This document shows positions 1-10,032 of a stretch of 32,000 nucleotides of DNA, piece after piece. The translations under genes and the position numbers were made by a program. Location: assembly GCA_046881885.1 (NCBI GenBank), contig JBKSMP010000018.1, positions 8,861-40,860 of the forward strand. Direction: 5' to 3'. Below the pieces are notes generated by a model. The model ran no database searches. It was not told where the DNA came from and was given only the letters and a program-made list of their open reading frames with translations. This DNA is from Opitutales bacterium. GTDB lineage: Bacteria; Verrucomicrobiota; Verrucomicrobiia; Opitutales; UBA9783. Numbering within the stretch: position 1 is the first letter of the stretch; each line of letters starts with the position of its first letter.

Positions 1-589
1 GCTCAAAGTTTTTTAAAGAAATTAAAACCCCTGGAACATTTTTAATAGGATAAGTATCTATATCGCAAAGCTTAAAATAAACTTCACACGTGTAAGCTTT
101 TCTGTTACTTTTTTTGGTATAACGTACAAAATTACTTTTTGCACGCCAAGGATAAATTTTTTGTTTATCATCTGTATGACATAACATAAATCCTTGAGTA
201 TTTTGTATATCAGTTACATAAACATTTACTCCAACTTTTATACCAGATTTGGTTCTTGATTCAATTTTATCTATAATAAGAGGAAATCTGCTTCCTTCTT
301 CATCTGTTACATAGTATCCAGTATACTTATTCTGTCTAAAGAAAAGATGTCTTATTTGTTTCCAATTTTTCCAACTAAATTCCAGTGGGTTGTATTCACG
401 TTTTCTTTTTTGTGCTCTCTCTCGTTTATCCGACGAAGACATTTCTTGTTGAAACCATGTGTCTTTTAGATTAAAAGCATCATTTCCAAACTCATCATCT
501 CCAACTCCATACAAATTAGTTGCCAGTAAACCAGCACTTAACAATATACAAGATTTATTTAGTTTTATTAAATTTCTATCTACATTCAT
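1..589 (-). CDS. hypothetical protein, 5' part only (runs off the left edge); possible N-terminal signal/anchor
   Basis: Absent from the ORF track because it has no stop inside the window. I walked the minus-strand frame codon by codon. An upstream stop lies at plus 632-634, ATGs at 589 and 442, and there is no in-frame stop down to position 2. From 589 it reads MNVDRNLIKLNKSCILLSAGLLATNLYGVGDDEF...; from 442 it reads MSSSDKRERAQKRKREYNPLEF... No family recognised. Confidence 0.45.
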   Translation of the reverse strand, partial: MNVDRNLIKLNKSCILLSAGLLATNLYGVGDDEFGNDAFNLKDTWFQQEMSSSDKRERAQKRKREYNPLEFSWKNWKQIRHLFFRQNKYTGYYVTDEEGSRFPLIIDKIESRTKSGIKVGVNVYVTDIQNTQGFMLCHTDDKQKIYPWRAKSNFVRYTKKSNRKAYTCEVYFKLCDIDTYPIKNVPGVLISLKNFE

Positions 590-642
590 ACTTTCAATTA
601 GAAAGCAAGAAACAAGCCAAAATAAAAACTTTTACAAAAAAC

Positions 643-718
<76 letters not shown>

Positions 719-878
719 ATAACAAATAATAATTAAAGTGAAAATCAATTTTTAAATTACGTCAATCCCGTTTTTCTATTTTTTTATATAAAATTTATGG
801 AACATCTATCAAATGGTTATAATAACAGAAAAAATTTCCTAAAGAGGAATATATGTTCATACAATTATTGTATATTTT

Positions 879-1508
879 TCACAATTGCATGAACCAGTAG
901 CTCAATTGCAGAAAACTAACAACAATAAAATTCATAAATGTTAAGAGGAGGGCACGAACAAGAGGGATGTTGATAAGGATTATTAAGATAAAAAAGCTCC
1001 ATCGTTCTATAAACTCTACAGTTTCATCCGACAGTCGCAAGCTATAACGCAAAAGCATAAAACTATCCAATCCTGGAAGCGGCAAACAATTAAAAGCGAT
1101 AAACAAAGCATTTATTTCGAGTAGTTCGTAAGCAATCATGCGGTAGTTCGGTAGAAAAGCTAGTACAAGACTTGCAATAAAACATAGGAGTAAATTACCA
1201 ATCAAGCCTGCACTATTTACGAGTATTTCCCCCCAACGTTTATGTTTAAAGTAAGAAGAATTGATAGGAATAGACTTTCCCCAGCCCAAAAAAACTCCTA
1301 AAGTTAAAAAACTACACAACAGAGGAAAGATAATGGTACCGAACAAATCGATATGAACGATCGGATTGAGAGATACCCGACCTGCTCTTCTGAGATTAGG
1401 ATCACCCAATTTATCGGCCATCCACGCATGCCCCCAGTGATGCAGTGTCAAGCTGATAAGAAAAAGCAAGAAATATAATAAATACTTAGCGATTTGTGAA
1501 ATTTCCAT
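879..1508 (-). CDS. peptidase M50 (site-2 protease, YwhC/COG1994-like) family membrane protein with HHxxH in place of HExxH
   Basis: 209-aa polytopic protein. LTLHHWGHAWMADKLGDPNLRRAGRVSLNPIVHIDLFG matches the HExxH...GD...GRxxLNPxxHxD pattern of this family. The second motif, FNCLPLPGLDS, is present. The expected Glu codon is CAC (His). Confidence 0.72.
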   Translation of the reverse strand: MEISQIAKYLLYFLLFLISLTLHHWGHAWMADKLGDPNLRRAGRVSLNPIVHIDLFGTIIFPLLCSFLTLGVFLGWGKSIPINSSYFKHKRWGEILVNSAGLIGNLLLCFIASLVLAFLPNYRMIAYELLEINALFIAFNCLPLPGLDSFMLLRYSLRLSDETVEFIERWSFFILIILINIPLVRALLLTFMNFIVVSFLQLSYWFMQL

Positions 1509-1926
1509 AAAAAGATCGTGTACAAACAGGTTTTGATAAAATAATGTGCCACTTCATACCTTCCCGTAAAGTACTGGGTGCACATTTAGGTTTAGAGGGC
1601 TTAATTTTGGGGAGAATGGGCTGTTTTTCAATTACTTGCGGCTCACATTCATAAACAGGCTGTTCATATACAGGTAAAGGATGCTTGTACGCAGAAAATT
1701 CCTTCCGTTTGGTTTCCCAAAAAGGATTTGGCTCAATTGTTTCAACATGGGTATGGGCCTCATCAAGATCCGTTCCGCTTCGTTTACGCTTAAGCGCTTC
1801 GATTTTTTTGCGAACCAATTCTGCTTGATCATCCGTTTCTTCATCTAAAGGGTTCATTTTCGTTTTTTTAGATAAAAAACTAATACCCAAAAAGATTAGA
1901 AGAAATAGGATGTCTTGAAAGTCCAT
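1486..1926 (-). CDS. hypothetical N-terminally membrane-anchored protein, charged/Pro-rich
   Basis: ATG at 1926, 6 nt after the floA stop. N-terminal hydrophobic helix ILFLLIFLGISFL followed by a charged, Pro-rich tail. Overlaps the next gene by 23 nt. No family recognised. Confidence 0.5.
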   Translation of the reverse strand: MDFQDILFLLIFLGISFLSKKTKMNPLDEETDDQAELVRKKIEALKRKRSGTDLDEAHTHVETIEPNPFWETKRKEFSAYKHPLPVYEQPVYECEPQVIEKQPILPKIKPSKPKCAPSTLREGMKWHIILSKPVCTRSFYGNFTNR

Positions 1927-1932
1927 AAACGA

Positions 1933-2922
1933 TTATTCTTTCGACAATTGTTCGCGCATAGCCGTATCAGCTTTCAAATTTTCCAATTTGTAATAATCAA
2001 TAACGCCCAATTGCCCTTTTTTGAAAGCTTCAGCAAGTGCCAATGGAACAGCCGCCTGTGCTTCAACAACCTTGGCTTGCATTTCTTCAACTTTAGCCTT
2101 CATTTCTTGTTCCAAAGCAACCGCACTTGCACGACGAATTTCTGCTTGAGCCTGTGCCATATTTTTATTGGCTTCCGCTTGAGAAACTTGCAATTTTGCA
2201 CCTACGTTTTCCCCAATATCGATATCCGCAATATCGATCGAAAGAATTTCATAAGCAGTTCCAACATCTAAACCACGATTGAGAACGACTTTGGAAATTT
2301 GATCGGGATTTTCTAATACCTGCTTATAGGTTTCAGCGGAACCAATGGTTGCAACAATGCCTTCACCCACACGTGCAATAATCGTATCTTCCTGTGCGCC
2401 GCCTACAAAACGGTCCAAATTGGTGCGAACGGTTACACGTGCTCGTACTTTAACTTGAATGCCATCTTTTGCAACCCCATCTATCGTGTTTTTGTTTTGA
2501 TCGGATTTGGGACAATCAATAACTTTAGGGTTAACAGACGTGTGCACTGCTTCAATTACGGTTTTTCCGGTACCTTTTGTTGCTAAATCAATTGCGCATG
2601 CACGTCCAAACGTTAATTCAATACCAGCTTTCTCAGCTGCAATTAAAGCCTGCACCGTTTGTGCCAGATTGCCTTCTGCCAAATAATGGGCTTCAAGCTC
2701 ATCTACGGAAAGTTCAAGCCCTGCTTTTGCTGCCGTAATCTTACAGTCTACAATTAATCCATAAGGGACTTTTCGCAAACGCATTGCAATTAAATTGGGA
2801 ATACTTACATAGGCCCCAGCTAACCAAGCTCTTAACCATACATTAAAGAAGGAAAAAACAATCCCTAAAACAATGATCGCTAAAAAACCAAAGAATATTA
2901 AAAATAAATTTACACCCTGCAT
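1933..2922 (-). CDS. floA: flotillin-like protein FloA (SPFH domain, YqfA/UPF0365 family)
   Basis: Near-colinear by eye with B. subtilis FloA: ...[28 protein letters not shown]..., [40 protein letters not shown]...[20 protein letters not shown]. The track start at 2958 is TTG. The ATG at 2922 ([12 protein letters not shown]...) gives the canonical N-terminal hairpin helix. Confidence 0.9.
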   Translation of the reverse strand: MQGVNLFLIFFGFLAIIVLGIVFSFFNVWLRAWLAGAYVSIPNLIAMRLRKVPYGLIVDCKITAAKAGLELSVDELEAHYLAEGNLAQTVQALIAAEKAGIELTFGRACAIDLATKGTGKTVIEAVHTSVNPKVIDCPKSDQNKNTIDGVAKDGIQVKVRARVTVRTNLDRFVGGAQEDTIIARVGEGIVATIGSAETYKQVLENPDQISKVVLNRGLDVGTAYEILSIDIADIDIGENVGAKLQVSQAEANKNMAQAQAEIRRASAVALEQEMKAKVEEMQAKVVEAQAAVPLALAEAFKKGQLGVIDYYKLENLKADTAMREQLSKE

Positions 2923-3059
2923 ATTTTTAAATCTACAAGAGCTGACATCCAACTTCAAGCTCTTTTTTATAGCTTTTTAAGCTTTTGGAAAACTTAATAT
3001 TTTACCAATTTAAAACATTGTACTTTAGACAAAAGTTGCTATAGTTTTTATTAAGTAAT

Positions 3060-4766
3060 ATGGATTGGGCATCATTTTTTTTGAATATTTGGGCAATTTT
3101 TTGGATGATAGTCTTCTTTGGTGGGTCTATTTTTATTCACGAATTAGGACATTTTTTAATGGCGAAAAAACGTGGATTAAAAGTTCCTAAGTTTTCTATA
3201 GGATTTGGCCCTAAATTGTATTCTTGGAAACGCGGAGAAACGGAATACTGCATTTCTTTATTGCCATTAGGGGGATATGTAGCCTTGCCTGAGATGGGGG
3301 AAATCCCGATTTTGGAAGGAAAACCGTCTAAAAATTCAAAACCTTTGTCCTTCATGGATAAATTCTTAGTAGCGGTTATGGGCGCCGTTTTTAATGTGCT
3401 TTTTGCTTTTGTACTTGCTTGTATTTTATGGGCAACCGGTTTACGTGTTCCAGAAGAAGATTGCGAGACAACCATTGGTTACATTTTGCAAGAACATGAA
3501 GGCAAGGTAACTCCAGCAATTCAAGCAGGTTTACGCCAAGGGGATAAAATTTTAGCCGTAGATGATGTAGCGGTTAAAAGTTTTTCAGAAATAGAAAAAG
3601 CAATTATTTTAGGCAAGGGCCGAAATGGACATCATCAGCCACAAGCCAAAATTACGTTTTTACGTGATCAAGAAGTGCATACGGCCTATCTTGATCTGAT
3701 GATGCTCAAAACGAATCCTTTGACGGGTGACGAAATCCGTTTTAGTGGTATTTTAGCACCTAAACAAAAACTTTATGTAGAAAGCTTTGAACGGAATTCA
3801 TCGGCAGAAAAAAGTGGTTTAAAAGTAGGTGATCAGATTTTAAAACTCAATGATCAAGCCTTGTTTTCTTTTATGGATCTTCGTGAGTTTTTACAAAAAT
3901 ATGAACCTCAACAAGTAAATCTTACGGTTTTGCGTGAAGGAAAAAGCTTTGACATCATCTGTGACACTCAAAATCTAGCTAATTATCGCTCGTGGCTTCA
4001 TTATGGGACCGATGAACAATTTATTGATTTTTATCAGAAAGAATCGGACATAAAAATCCTAGAAGTACGTGGTCAACATTTTAACACACTGCCTGAGGAT
4101 GGAAGGGTCCTGTCGTGCAATGGCGTTACAATCATGCATTTAGAACAGTTACATCAATTACTAAATCAGTGCAAAGAACGTACGCTTATGTTTGAAATTG
4201 AACACAAAACTAAGCAATTAATTGTTGTTCCCCATAAAGCAGGACCAATTGAATATCATCCTGAAGAACGGATTACACGCTTAGGAATCCTTTTTGGTCA
4301 ACGTTATGTTTTAAAGCACGACAATCCCTTTGTACAATTTAAACAGGCCATTCAGTCGACTGTTGAGACCCTAAGTTGCCTTGTTAATAAAAACTCCGAT
4401 ATAAAAATGCAGCATTTAATGGGCGCACCCGGAATTATGCGCTTGCTTCATCGCTTTTCTATCGATGATTTCAGACGGCTGCTATGGTTTATCGTTTTAT
4501 TAAATATTAACCTCGCTATCCTCAATTTGTTGCCCATCCCCGTTTTAGATGGAGGACATATCCTGTTTGCACTTATCGAAAAAATCCTACGTAGACCCTT
4601 ACCCTTTACTTGGGTTAATGCGATACAAAATGTCTTTGTTATCTTATTCTTGGGACTTATGTCTTATGTTATGTTTTTCGATATTCGTCGTTGGCAAGGA
4701 GATATTAAATCAGATAGCGCTCAACAACGTATGCAAAAACTTATTATCCCCATAGAAACGCAATAA
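3060..4766 (+). CDS. rseP: RIP metalloprotease RseP (peptidase M50 with expanded PDZ-containing periplasmic region)
   Basis: HELGH at residues 27-31, SIGFGP, a long PDZ-like middle section (e.g. GDKILAVDD, GDQILKLND), and the C-terminal NLLPIPVLDGGH motif. Confidence 0.9.
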   Translation: MDWASFFLNIWAIFWMIVFFGGSIFIHELGHFLMAKKRGLKVPKFSIGFGPKLYSWKRGETEYCISLLPLGGYVALPEMGEIPILEGKPSKNSKPLSFMDKFLVAVMGAVFNVLFAFVLACILWATGLRVPEEDCETTIGYILQEHEGKVTPAIQAGLRQGDKILAVDDVAVKSFSEIEKAIILGKGRNGHHQPQAKITFLRDQEVHTAYLDLMMLKTNPLTGDEIRFSGILAPKQKLYVESFERNSSAEKSGLKVGDQILKLNDQALFSFMDLREFLQKYEPQQVNLTVLREGKSFDIICDTQNLANYRSWLHYGTDEQFIDFYQKESDIKILEVRGQHFNTLPEDGRVLSCNGVTIMHLEQLHQLLNQCKERTLMFEIEHKTKQLIVVPHKAGPIEYHPEERITRLGILFGQRYVLKHDNPFVQFKQAIQSTVETLSCLVNKNSDIKMQHLMGAPGIMRLLHRFSIDDFRRLLWFIVLLNINLAILNLLPIPVLDGGHILFALIEKILRRPLPFTWVNAIQNVFVILFLGLMSYVMFFDIRRWQGDIKSDSAQQRMQKLIIPIETQ

Positions 4767-4793
4767 ACAGAATATTAAAAAAGCTTCCTCTTG

Positions 4794-5675
4794 CTATTTA
4801 GCACGTAAATGGTACTTGTCATAAGTTTCTCGAAGCTGAGTGGCGTCAAGATGGGTATAAATCTGTGTTGTAGAAATATCGCTGTGTCCCAACATCGTTT
4901 GAATACTACGCAAATCAGCACCATTACAAAGTAAATGCGTGGCAAAGGTATGCCTTAAAAGGTGTGGCGAAACATTTGTAGGGATACCAACCGCTTGTGC
5001 ATATTGCTTCAAATGCACCCAGAAAGTTTTTCGAGAAATCGGCTTCCCTACCCTACTGAGAAAAACAAAATTGCCACTATTTTTTTTCTGCAATTTGGGT
5101 CGTGCATGCACTAAATAAAATGTAAGGTGTTCTTTAGCGACAGAACCTATCGGCACTAAACGTTCTTTGCTTCCTTTTCCATAAATTTTTAAAAAATTCT
5201 CCTCTAGGAACAGGTTTTGCAAAAGCAACTTACAAACCTCTGAAACACGCAGACCACAACTATACATAAGCGAAATCATAGCCCGATCGCGTATACCTTG
5301 TGGCGTCGAAAGAAGCGTACTATGTTGCAAATTCTCAATAGCATTCAAAGATAAGGTTTGCGGCAGTTTACGTTTAATACGCGGGTAAAACGCGGCATTT
5401 AACGGACTACTTTCCAACTGTTTCTGCTTAATAAGATACTCAAAAAACCGCTTTACACTCGTAAATTTTCGTGCACGCGAACTGGGTTTTAAGTTCAATA
5501 AATGATTCTGCCAGGTTTCGATTTGCTCTTTTGAAACCTTTAAATTGGCTGCTTGTGATACCTGGATAAATTGCTCCAAATCGTAACGGTAAGACTGCAA
5601 GGTATTTTGAGATAAGCCACATTCGAGATCCAAATGGGATAAAAAAGATTCAAGACAGCTTCTGATTTCAGGCAT
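4794..5675 (-). CDS. tyrosine recombinase, XerC/XerD family
   Basis: N-terminal SAM-like domain (FLSHLDLECGLSQNTLQSYRYDL) and catalytic C-terminus (GLRVSE, LRHTFATHLL, LGHSDISTTQIYTH). The ATG at 5675 (MPEIRS...) avoids the 150-nt overlap with the upstream symporter that the 341-aa track ORF implies. Confidence 0.87.
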   Translation of the reverse strand: MPEIRSCLESFLSHLDLECGLSQNTLQSYRYDLEQFIQVSQAANLKVSKEQIETWQNHLLNLKPSSRARKFTSVKRFFEYLIKQKQLESSPLNAAFYPRIKRKLPQTLSLNAIENLQHSTLLSTPQGIRDRAMISLMYSCGLRVSEVCKLLLQNLFLEENFLKIYGKGSKERLVPIGSVAKEHLTFYLVHARPKLQKKNSGNFVFLSRVGKPISRKTFWVHLKQYAQAVGIPTNVSPHLLRHTFATHLLCNGADLRSIQTMLGHSDISTTQIYTHLDATQLRETYDKYHLRAK

Positions 5676-6963
5676 GTGGATAGGCAGTCTTTTCTCCCTC
5701 ACTGCGTGCAATAATGACGGTTCCACAGGTATCATTGAAGACATTGATTGCCGTCCGGAACATGTCCAAAATACGTTCCACGACCCAAATAACACCAATC
5801 GATTCAATTGGAAGCCCAACAGAACTCAATATCATCGTAATTGCGATCAAGCCAGAGGCCGGAATACCTGCCACGCCAACCGAAGTTAACAAGGCCATCA
5901 ACACCACCATCACTTGATTCAAAACACCAAATTGAATTCCCTGAGTTACTTGATAAAGTTGCGCAATAAAAATAACCACGACGCATTCATAAAGAGCCGT
6001 TCCGCACATATTAATGGTAACTCCTAAAGGCAAAGTAAATCGCGCGGTTTTGGAAGAAACCTGTGCTACGGATTCAATTTTCTCAAGTGCCAATGGCAAT
6101 GAAGCTGCCGAAGAAGCTGTCGAAAATGCCATTAAAGTAACAGGAAACATTGCTTTATAATGTGCTAGCGGCTTAATTCTACCAACAAATCGTAAGAGTA
6201 AATAGAGAAAAATAAAATAATAAATCCCGAAACCTAAAACAATTGTCGCTACAAAATATAAAAGCGGACGAATCAAATCTAGACCGGCATTAAGCAAAAT
6301 TGGCGTTACCAAGCCAAAAACTCCTAAAGGTGAAAAGACAATAATAATACGTGTAATATTTCGGGTAATTTGCTGAATACCTTCCCACAACTCCCATTGT
6401 ATTTTTCTTAAATTTTGCGGCAAACGACCAATATAAAACCCAAATAAAAGACTAAAGGTAATGAGCCCCAAAATCTGTGCATTATCAGTAGCGGCTTCTA
6501 AGATATTAGGTGGTAATAAACGCAAGAAAAATTCAGAAATTTTCGATCCTTCCGCATTGCCTAAACTTACAAAATTTTCTGGAAGCACATTCGCTTGCCC
6601 CAGAATTTTGGCTGCCAATTCCGGATTTGTATGGCCTGGTTTTAAAAAGTTTACAACCCCTAAGCCAATCGTTACTGCAACACAGCAACTCAAAAAATAA
6701 AACAAAAAGGTTTTTAGTCCTAAACGGCGAAATTCTGTTTGCGAGCCAAACCCCATAATTCCACAAATGATCGAAGATGTAATTAAAGGAACAACGAGCA
6801 TTTTTAACCCGTTCATGAAAATTTTGCCCATTAATTCGCAAATCTGTATAAACACTTGCGTAAATGATGAATCAACCCAATCAAATGAACGAATACAACA
6901 AACAACGCTTACGCTTGCCACTAAAGCGCCAACAACACCCCAACGCTGAATATGTTTTTTCAT
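5668..6963 (-). CDS. dicarboxylate/amino acid:cation symporter (SDF/DAACS family)
   Basis: Polytopic 431-aa protein with family-type motifs STASSAASLPLAL, NMCGTALYE and DMFRTAINVFNDT. Confidence 0.85.
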   Translation of the reverse strand: MKKHIQRWGVVGALVASVSVVCCIRSFDWVDSSFTQVFIQICELMGKIFMNGLKMLVVPLITSSIICGIMGFGSQTEFRRLGLKTFLFYFLSCCVAVTIGLGVVNFLKPGHTNPELAAKILGQANVLPENFVSLGNAEGSKISEFFLRLLPPNILEAATDNAQILGLITFSLLFGFYIGRLPQNLRKIQWELWEGIQQITRNITRIIIVFSPLGVFGLVTPILLNAGLDLIRPLLYFVATIVLGFGIYYFIFLYLLLRFVGRIKPLAHYKAMFPVTLMAFSTASSAASLPLALEKIESVAQVSSKTARFTLPLGVTINMCGTALYECVVVIFIAQLYQVTQGIQFGVLNQVMVVLMALLTSVGVAGIPASGLIAITMILSSVGLPIESIGVIWVVERILDMFRTAINVFNDTCGTVIIARSEGEKTAYPHA

Positions 6964-8183
6964 TAATATAATCGTTTGGGCTTAATTTTTCTTTGTTCAA
7001 TAGCCCCTATACAAGCACAAAGCGCCATTAAATAAAAAGATTGTGCGATTGTTGTACGAAAAAAACAATCACAACACCCTGCCATAATAAAAGTAATATT
7101 TAAACAAATTCCCTGCATCAAAAGACAAAAATCCACTTTTCGATTTTTAATCAAATAAACAAGAATCCATCCAAACCACAAGCATACTGCCATAAATCCT
7201 AAACTACCCCATTGGACTAACCAAAATAACCATTCGTTATGTGGATGGGCCGTACGTACAACCCTTGGATTCCCTTTTTCATATGAAAAACCATAACCTA
7301 TATAAGTCATTCCATGTTGCTTTAATTCATGCCCAAAACTACCTGTTCCGTGCCCAACCATCGGCTTTTCTTGGATTAAAGTAAAACAATTTTTCATCAT
7401 TTCTACACGATATGAAACAGAACCACTTTTCGTTAAATTTGTTATTCCGTTTGTTATTCCGAAACGCTGCATCAATACGCTAGGTCTATACAAAGCAAAT
7501 AAAAGGATACCTGAAACCGATATAAAGACAAGTATTAATATTTTACGTAAATGAGCTTTACTCAAGGCTACGGTAAAGGCTACGGTAAAGGCTAAAGGAC
7601 CTGTTTTTTCAGGATTTATACACAACAAAAAGTATAGGAAAAAAGAAAACCAAACCCAAGGAAAAAGTTTTGTAGATTTTTTTGAATAAAATAATAGATT
7701 CAAGGCAAAAAGCGAACAACAAGCCACAAATACACTTGCTGGTATTGGATTTACAAGACGTATTGTCACATTACCCATAGCAAAATCACCAATAAAATAA
7801 TACCATAAACAGTAAGCAAGTGTTGCTAAACAAAAACAATGGATAAACTTACGTGGCAACAATTTGTTATAAATAAAAGCTGGAATAAGTAAAATTATAG
7901 ATAAAAATCGGACATATTTTCCAAAAATAAACCAACGGACACTTTGTGGAGCTTCACAATAGAATACACCAGCAAAAGCAATAACAACAATAAATACCGC
8001 CCCAAGTCCTATTTTATTTGATTTAAAAAATTGTTTAAATACAGATCTAAAGCTTGTAGTATTACAAAGTTGAAAAAGCGCGACACTTAAAAAACCACCA
8101 TAACTAATGTAACATAATGCTTCTGAAAAAAAGCAGCCAATACTGTAACCTACTAAAAAAATTGTATATAAAATATTCATCAT
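6963..8183 (-). CDS. O-antigen ligase-like (Wzy_C domain) polytopic membrane protein
   Basis: 406 aa and very hydrophobic, with many predicted helices. Loop RTAHPHNEWLFWLVQWGSLG resembles the H-x-N...G signature of O-antigen ligase/polymerase domains. Confidence 0.68.
   Translation of the reverse strand: MMNILYTIFLVGYSIGCFFSEALCYISYGGFLSVALFQLCNTTSFRSVFKQFFKSNKIGLGAVFIVVIAFAGVFYCEAPQSVRWFIFGKYVRFLSIILLIPAFIYNKLLPRKFIHCFCLATLAYCLWYYFIGDFAMGNVTIRLVNPIPASVFVACCSLFALNLLFYSKKSTKLFPWVWFSFFLYFLLCINPEKTGPLAFTVAFTVALSKAHLRKILILVFISVSGILLFALYRPSVLMQRFGITNGITNLTKSGSVSYRVEMMKNCFTLIQEKPMVGHGTGSFGHELKQHGMTYIGYGFSYEKGNPRVVRTAHPHNEWLFWLVQWGSLGFMAVCLWFGWILVYLIKNRKVDFCLLMQGICLNITFIMAGCCDCFFRTTIAQSFYLMALCACIGAIEQRKIKPKRLY
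7566..7594. repeat. in-frame 12-bp tandem repeat (GGCTACGGTAAA x2 plus partial third copy) inside the ligase-like gene
   Basis: Read directly: ggctacggtaaa ggctacggtaaa ggcta. It encodes the duplicated FTVA-FTVA peptide. Confidence 0.85.
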
Positions 8184-8299
8184 TTGTTTTTCCTAAAATA
8201 ATTTTTAATACCCCCAACCATTGTTGCTGCAGCGTGACGTACATAACGGTCATCACATGCTAGGACAATGACAATAGAATCTTTTGTTTCAGGCACGGC

Positions 8300-9763
8300 T
8301 TATTTCAAAGTTGGATAAAGTAAAGTATCACGAATGTTATCCGCTTCGGTTAATAAGATGCAAAGACGATCGATACCGATACCCATTCCACCAGCTGGAG
8401 GCATACCGTATTCCAAAGCGGTTAGAAACTCATTATCGACTTTTTGGATCTCTTCGCCAGCCTGCAATTCGAACATCTGTCGTTGCACGAATGGATCGTT
8501 TTGCTCAGAATAGGCCGGAGCGATTTCTTGGCCGTTAATATAAAGTTCAAAGACATCGATATAGCGATCATCCTTTTCATTAATCTTAGCCAATGGACAT
8601 AGCTCTTTAGGCAATTGTGTTACAAATGTCGGCTGAATAAGCTTGATTGCGATACATTTTTCAAAAACATTATTGGTAATTTCGTAATCCTCAGCTTCCG
8701 GATTGACTTCAAGGCCTAAGGCCTCGCAACGCTTTAATTTTTCTTCACGAGAACGCGAAAACCAATCCTTATCGCCTGTTGCTTCAAAGATACAATCGGT
8801 ATAAGTAACTTCTCGCCATTGACAACCTAATTCGATCGTTTGACCGGTATAACTTGTTAAGGTTGTTTTACCAATAACTGTTTTGCAGAGGTACTGAATT
8901 AGATCGTAAACCAACTGCATCATACCACGATAATCGCTATAGGCCTGATACAATTCAATCATGGTAAATTCGGGGTTATGGCGACGAGAAATGCCCTCAT
9001 TACGGAAATTACGACCGATTTCAAAGACACGATCATAACCACCAATAAGCATCCTCTTTAGATATAATTCTAAAGAAATACGCAAGAAGAAATCACGATC
9101 CAAAGCATTCATGTGCGTTGTAAACGGTCTTGCGGCTGCTCCACCTGCAACATCTTGAAGCATAGGGGTTTCAACCTCAACGAAATCTCTTCCCCACAAA
9201 AACTCACGAATGCCTTTGATAATATTCGAGCGTTTAAAGAAACGTTCACGAGATTCCGGATTAACAATCAAATCGAGGTAACGTTGACGATAAATCGTAT
9301 CCGGATTGCTAAGACCATGGAACTTATCGGGCAAAGAACGGAAAGATTTGGAAACTAAAGTAACTTTTTTAGCACGTACGGTAATTTCTCCCGTAGAGGT
9401 TCTAAAAACCTCCCCTTCTACTCCAATAAAATCTCCAATATCTAGCTTTTTAAAGGCGTTGTACGCTTCTTTACCAATACCTGTGTCTTCGTTATTCGTA
9501 ACGTAAACTTGCAGTGTACCTTTTTGATCCAAAAGCTTTAAAAATGAAGCCTTACCCATTAAGCGGAAAGTAACAATACGTCCAGCAATAGCGACATCAT
9601 TTAAGGGTTCACCTTTAGCCTCAAGCTCTGGAAACAAATCTACTATTTGTTGAGTGGTATGCGTCTGTTTACAATTCGCACGAAACGGATTTTTGCCTTC
9701 TTGGCACAACTTATCAAATTTTTCCTTACGGATTGCAAACAAATCACTTTCGCTCTCACTCAT
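8300..9763 (-). CDS. lysS: lysine--tRNA ligase (class II)
   Basis: OB-fold N-terminus, motif 2 FRNEGISRRHNPEFTMIELY, motif 3 GMGIGIDRL. Typical length (487 aa). Confidence 0.95.
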   Translation of the reverse strand: MSESESDLFAIRKEKFDKLCQEGKNPFRANCKQTHTTQQIVDLFPELEAKGEPLNDVAIAGRIVTFRLMGKASFLKLLDQKGTLQVYVTNNEDTGIGKEAYNAFKKLDIGDFIGVEGEVFRTSTGEITVRAKKVTLVSKSFRSLPDKFHGLSNPDTIYRQRYLDLIVNPESRERFFKRSNIIKGIREFLWGRDFVEVETPMLQDVAGGAAARPFTTHMNALDRDFFLRISLELYLKRMLIGGYDRVFEIGRNFRNEGISRRHNPEFTMIELYQAYSDYRGMMQLVYDLIQYLCKTVIGKTTLTSYTGQTIELGCQWREVTYTDCIFEATGDKDWFSRSREEKLKRCEALGLEVNPEAEDYEITNNVFEKCIAIKLIQPTFVTQLPKELCPLAKINEKDDRYIDVFELYINGQEIAPAYSEQNDPFVQRQMFELQAGEEIQKVDNEFLTALEYGMPPAGGMGIGIDRLCILLTEADNIRDTLLYPTLK

Positions 9764-10032
9764 AGCCCTTTATAAGAAAGCATTTTAAAATCTCTGGCAA
9801 GTTAAAAATCCGTATATGTTTGATAACAATTCTATAGCTGGGAAGTTTTTAGGAAGTCAACAAAAGTTTTTTCAAAACTTTCCTTCAAAGAACTAAATGT
9901 TCCGTTTTTCAAAACACTCCATCATTGCATTATAAAAATTTTCACCTAATTCTTGACATATCTTTTAGGATACAAAGCAAATTATATACCCAAACAAAGA
10001 TACGATCAAAAAATTTCTCCTCTACAACCTTT

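Noticed and set aside
829-849. Terminator after the M50-like gene
   Set aside because: The stem is only 5 bp (TTCCT/AGGAA) with a T6 tail, too weak to call in AT-rich sequence.
3137-3475. 112-aa minus-strand ORF
   Set aside because: Antisense to the N-terminal, motif-bearing part of rseP.
4794-5819. Full 341-aa version of the Xer recombinase ORF
   Set aside because: The first 48 codons overlap the 3' end of the symporter gene and add a non-homologous extension. The ATG at 5675 gives a canonical ~294-aa recombinase.
9764-10032. Possible lysine riboswitch or T-box leader upstream of lysS
   Set aside because: I looked for L-box and T-box core sequences (specifier/T-box 14-mer) on the minus strand and could not find them. 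Kept only as a low-interest note on leader length.
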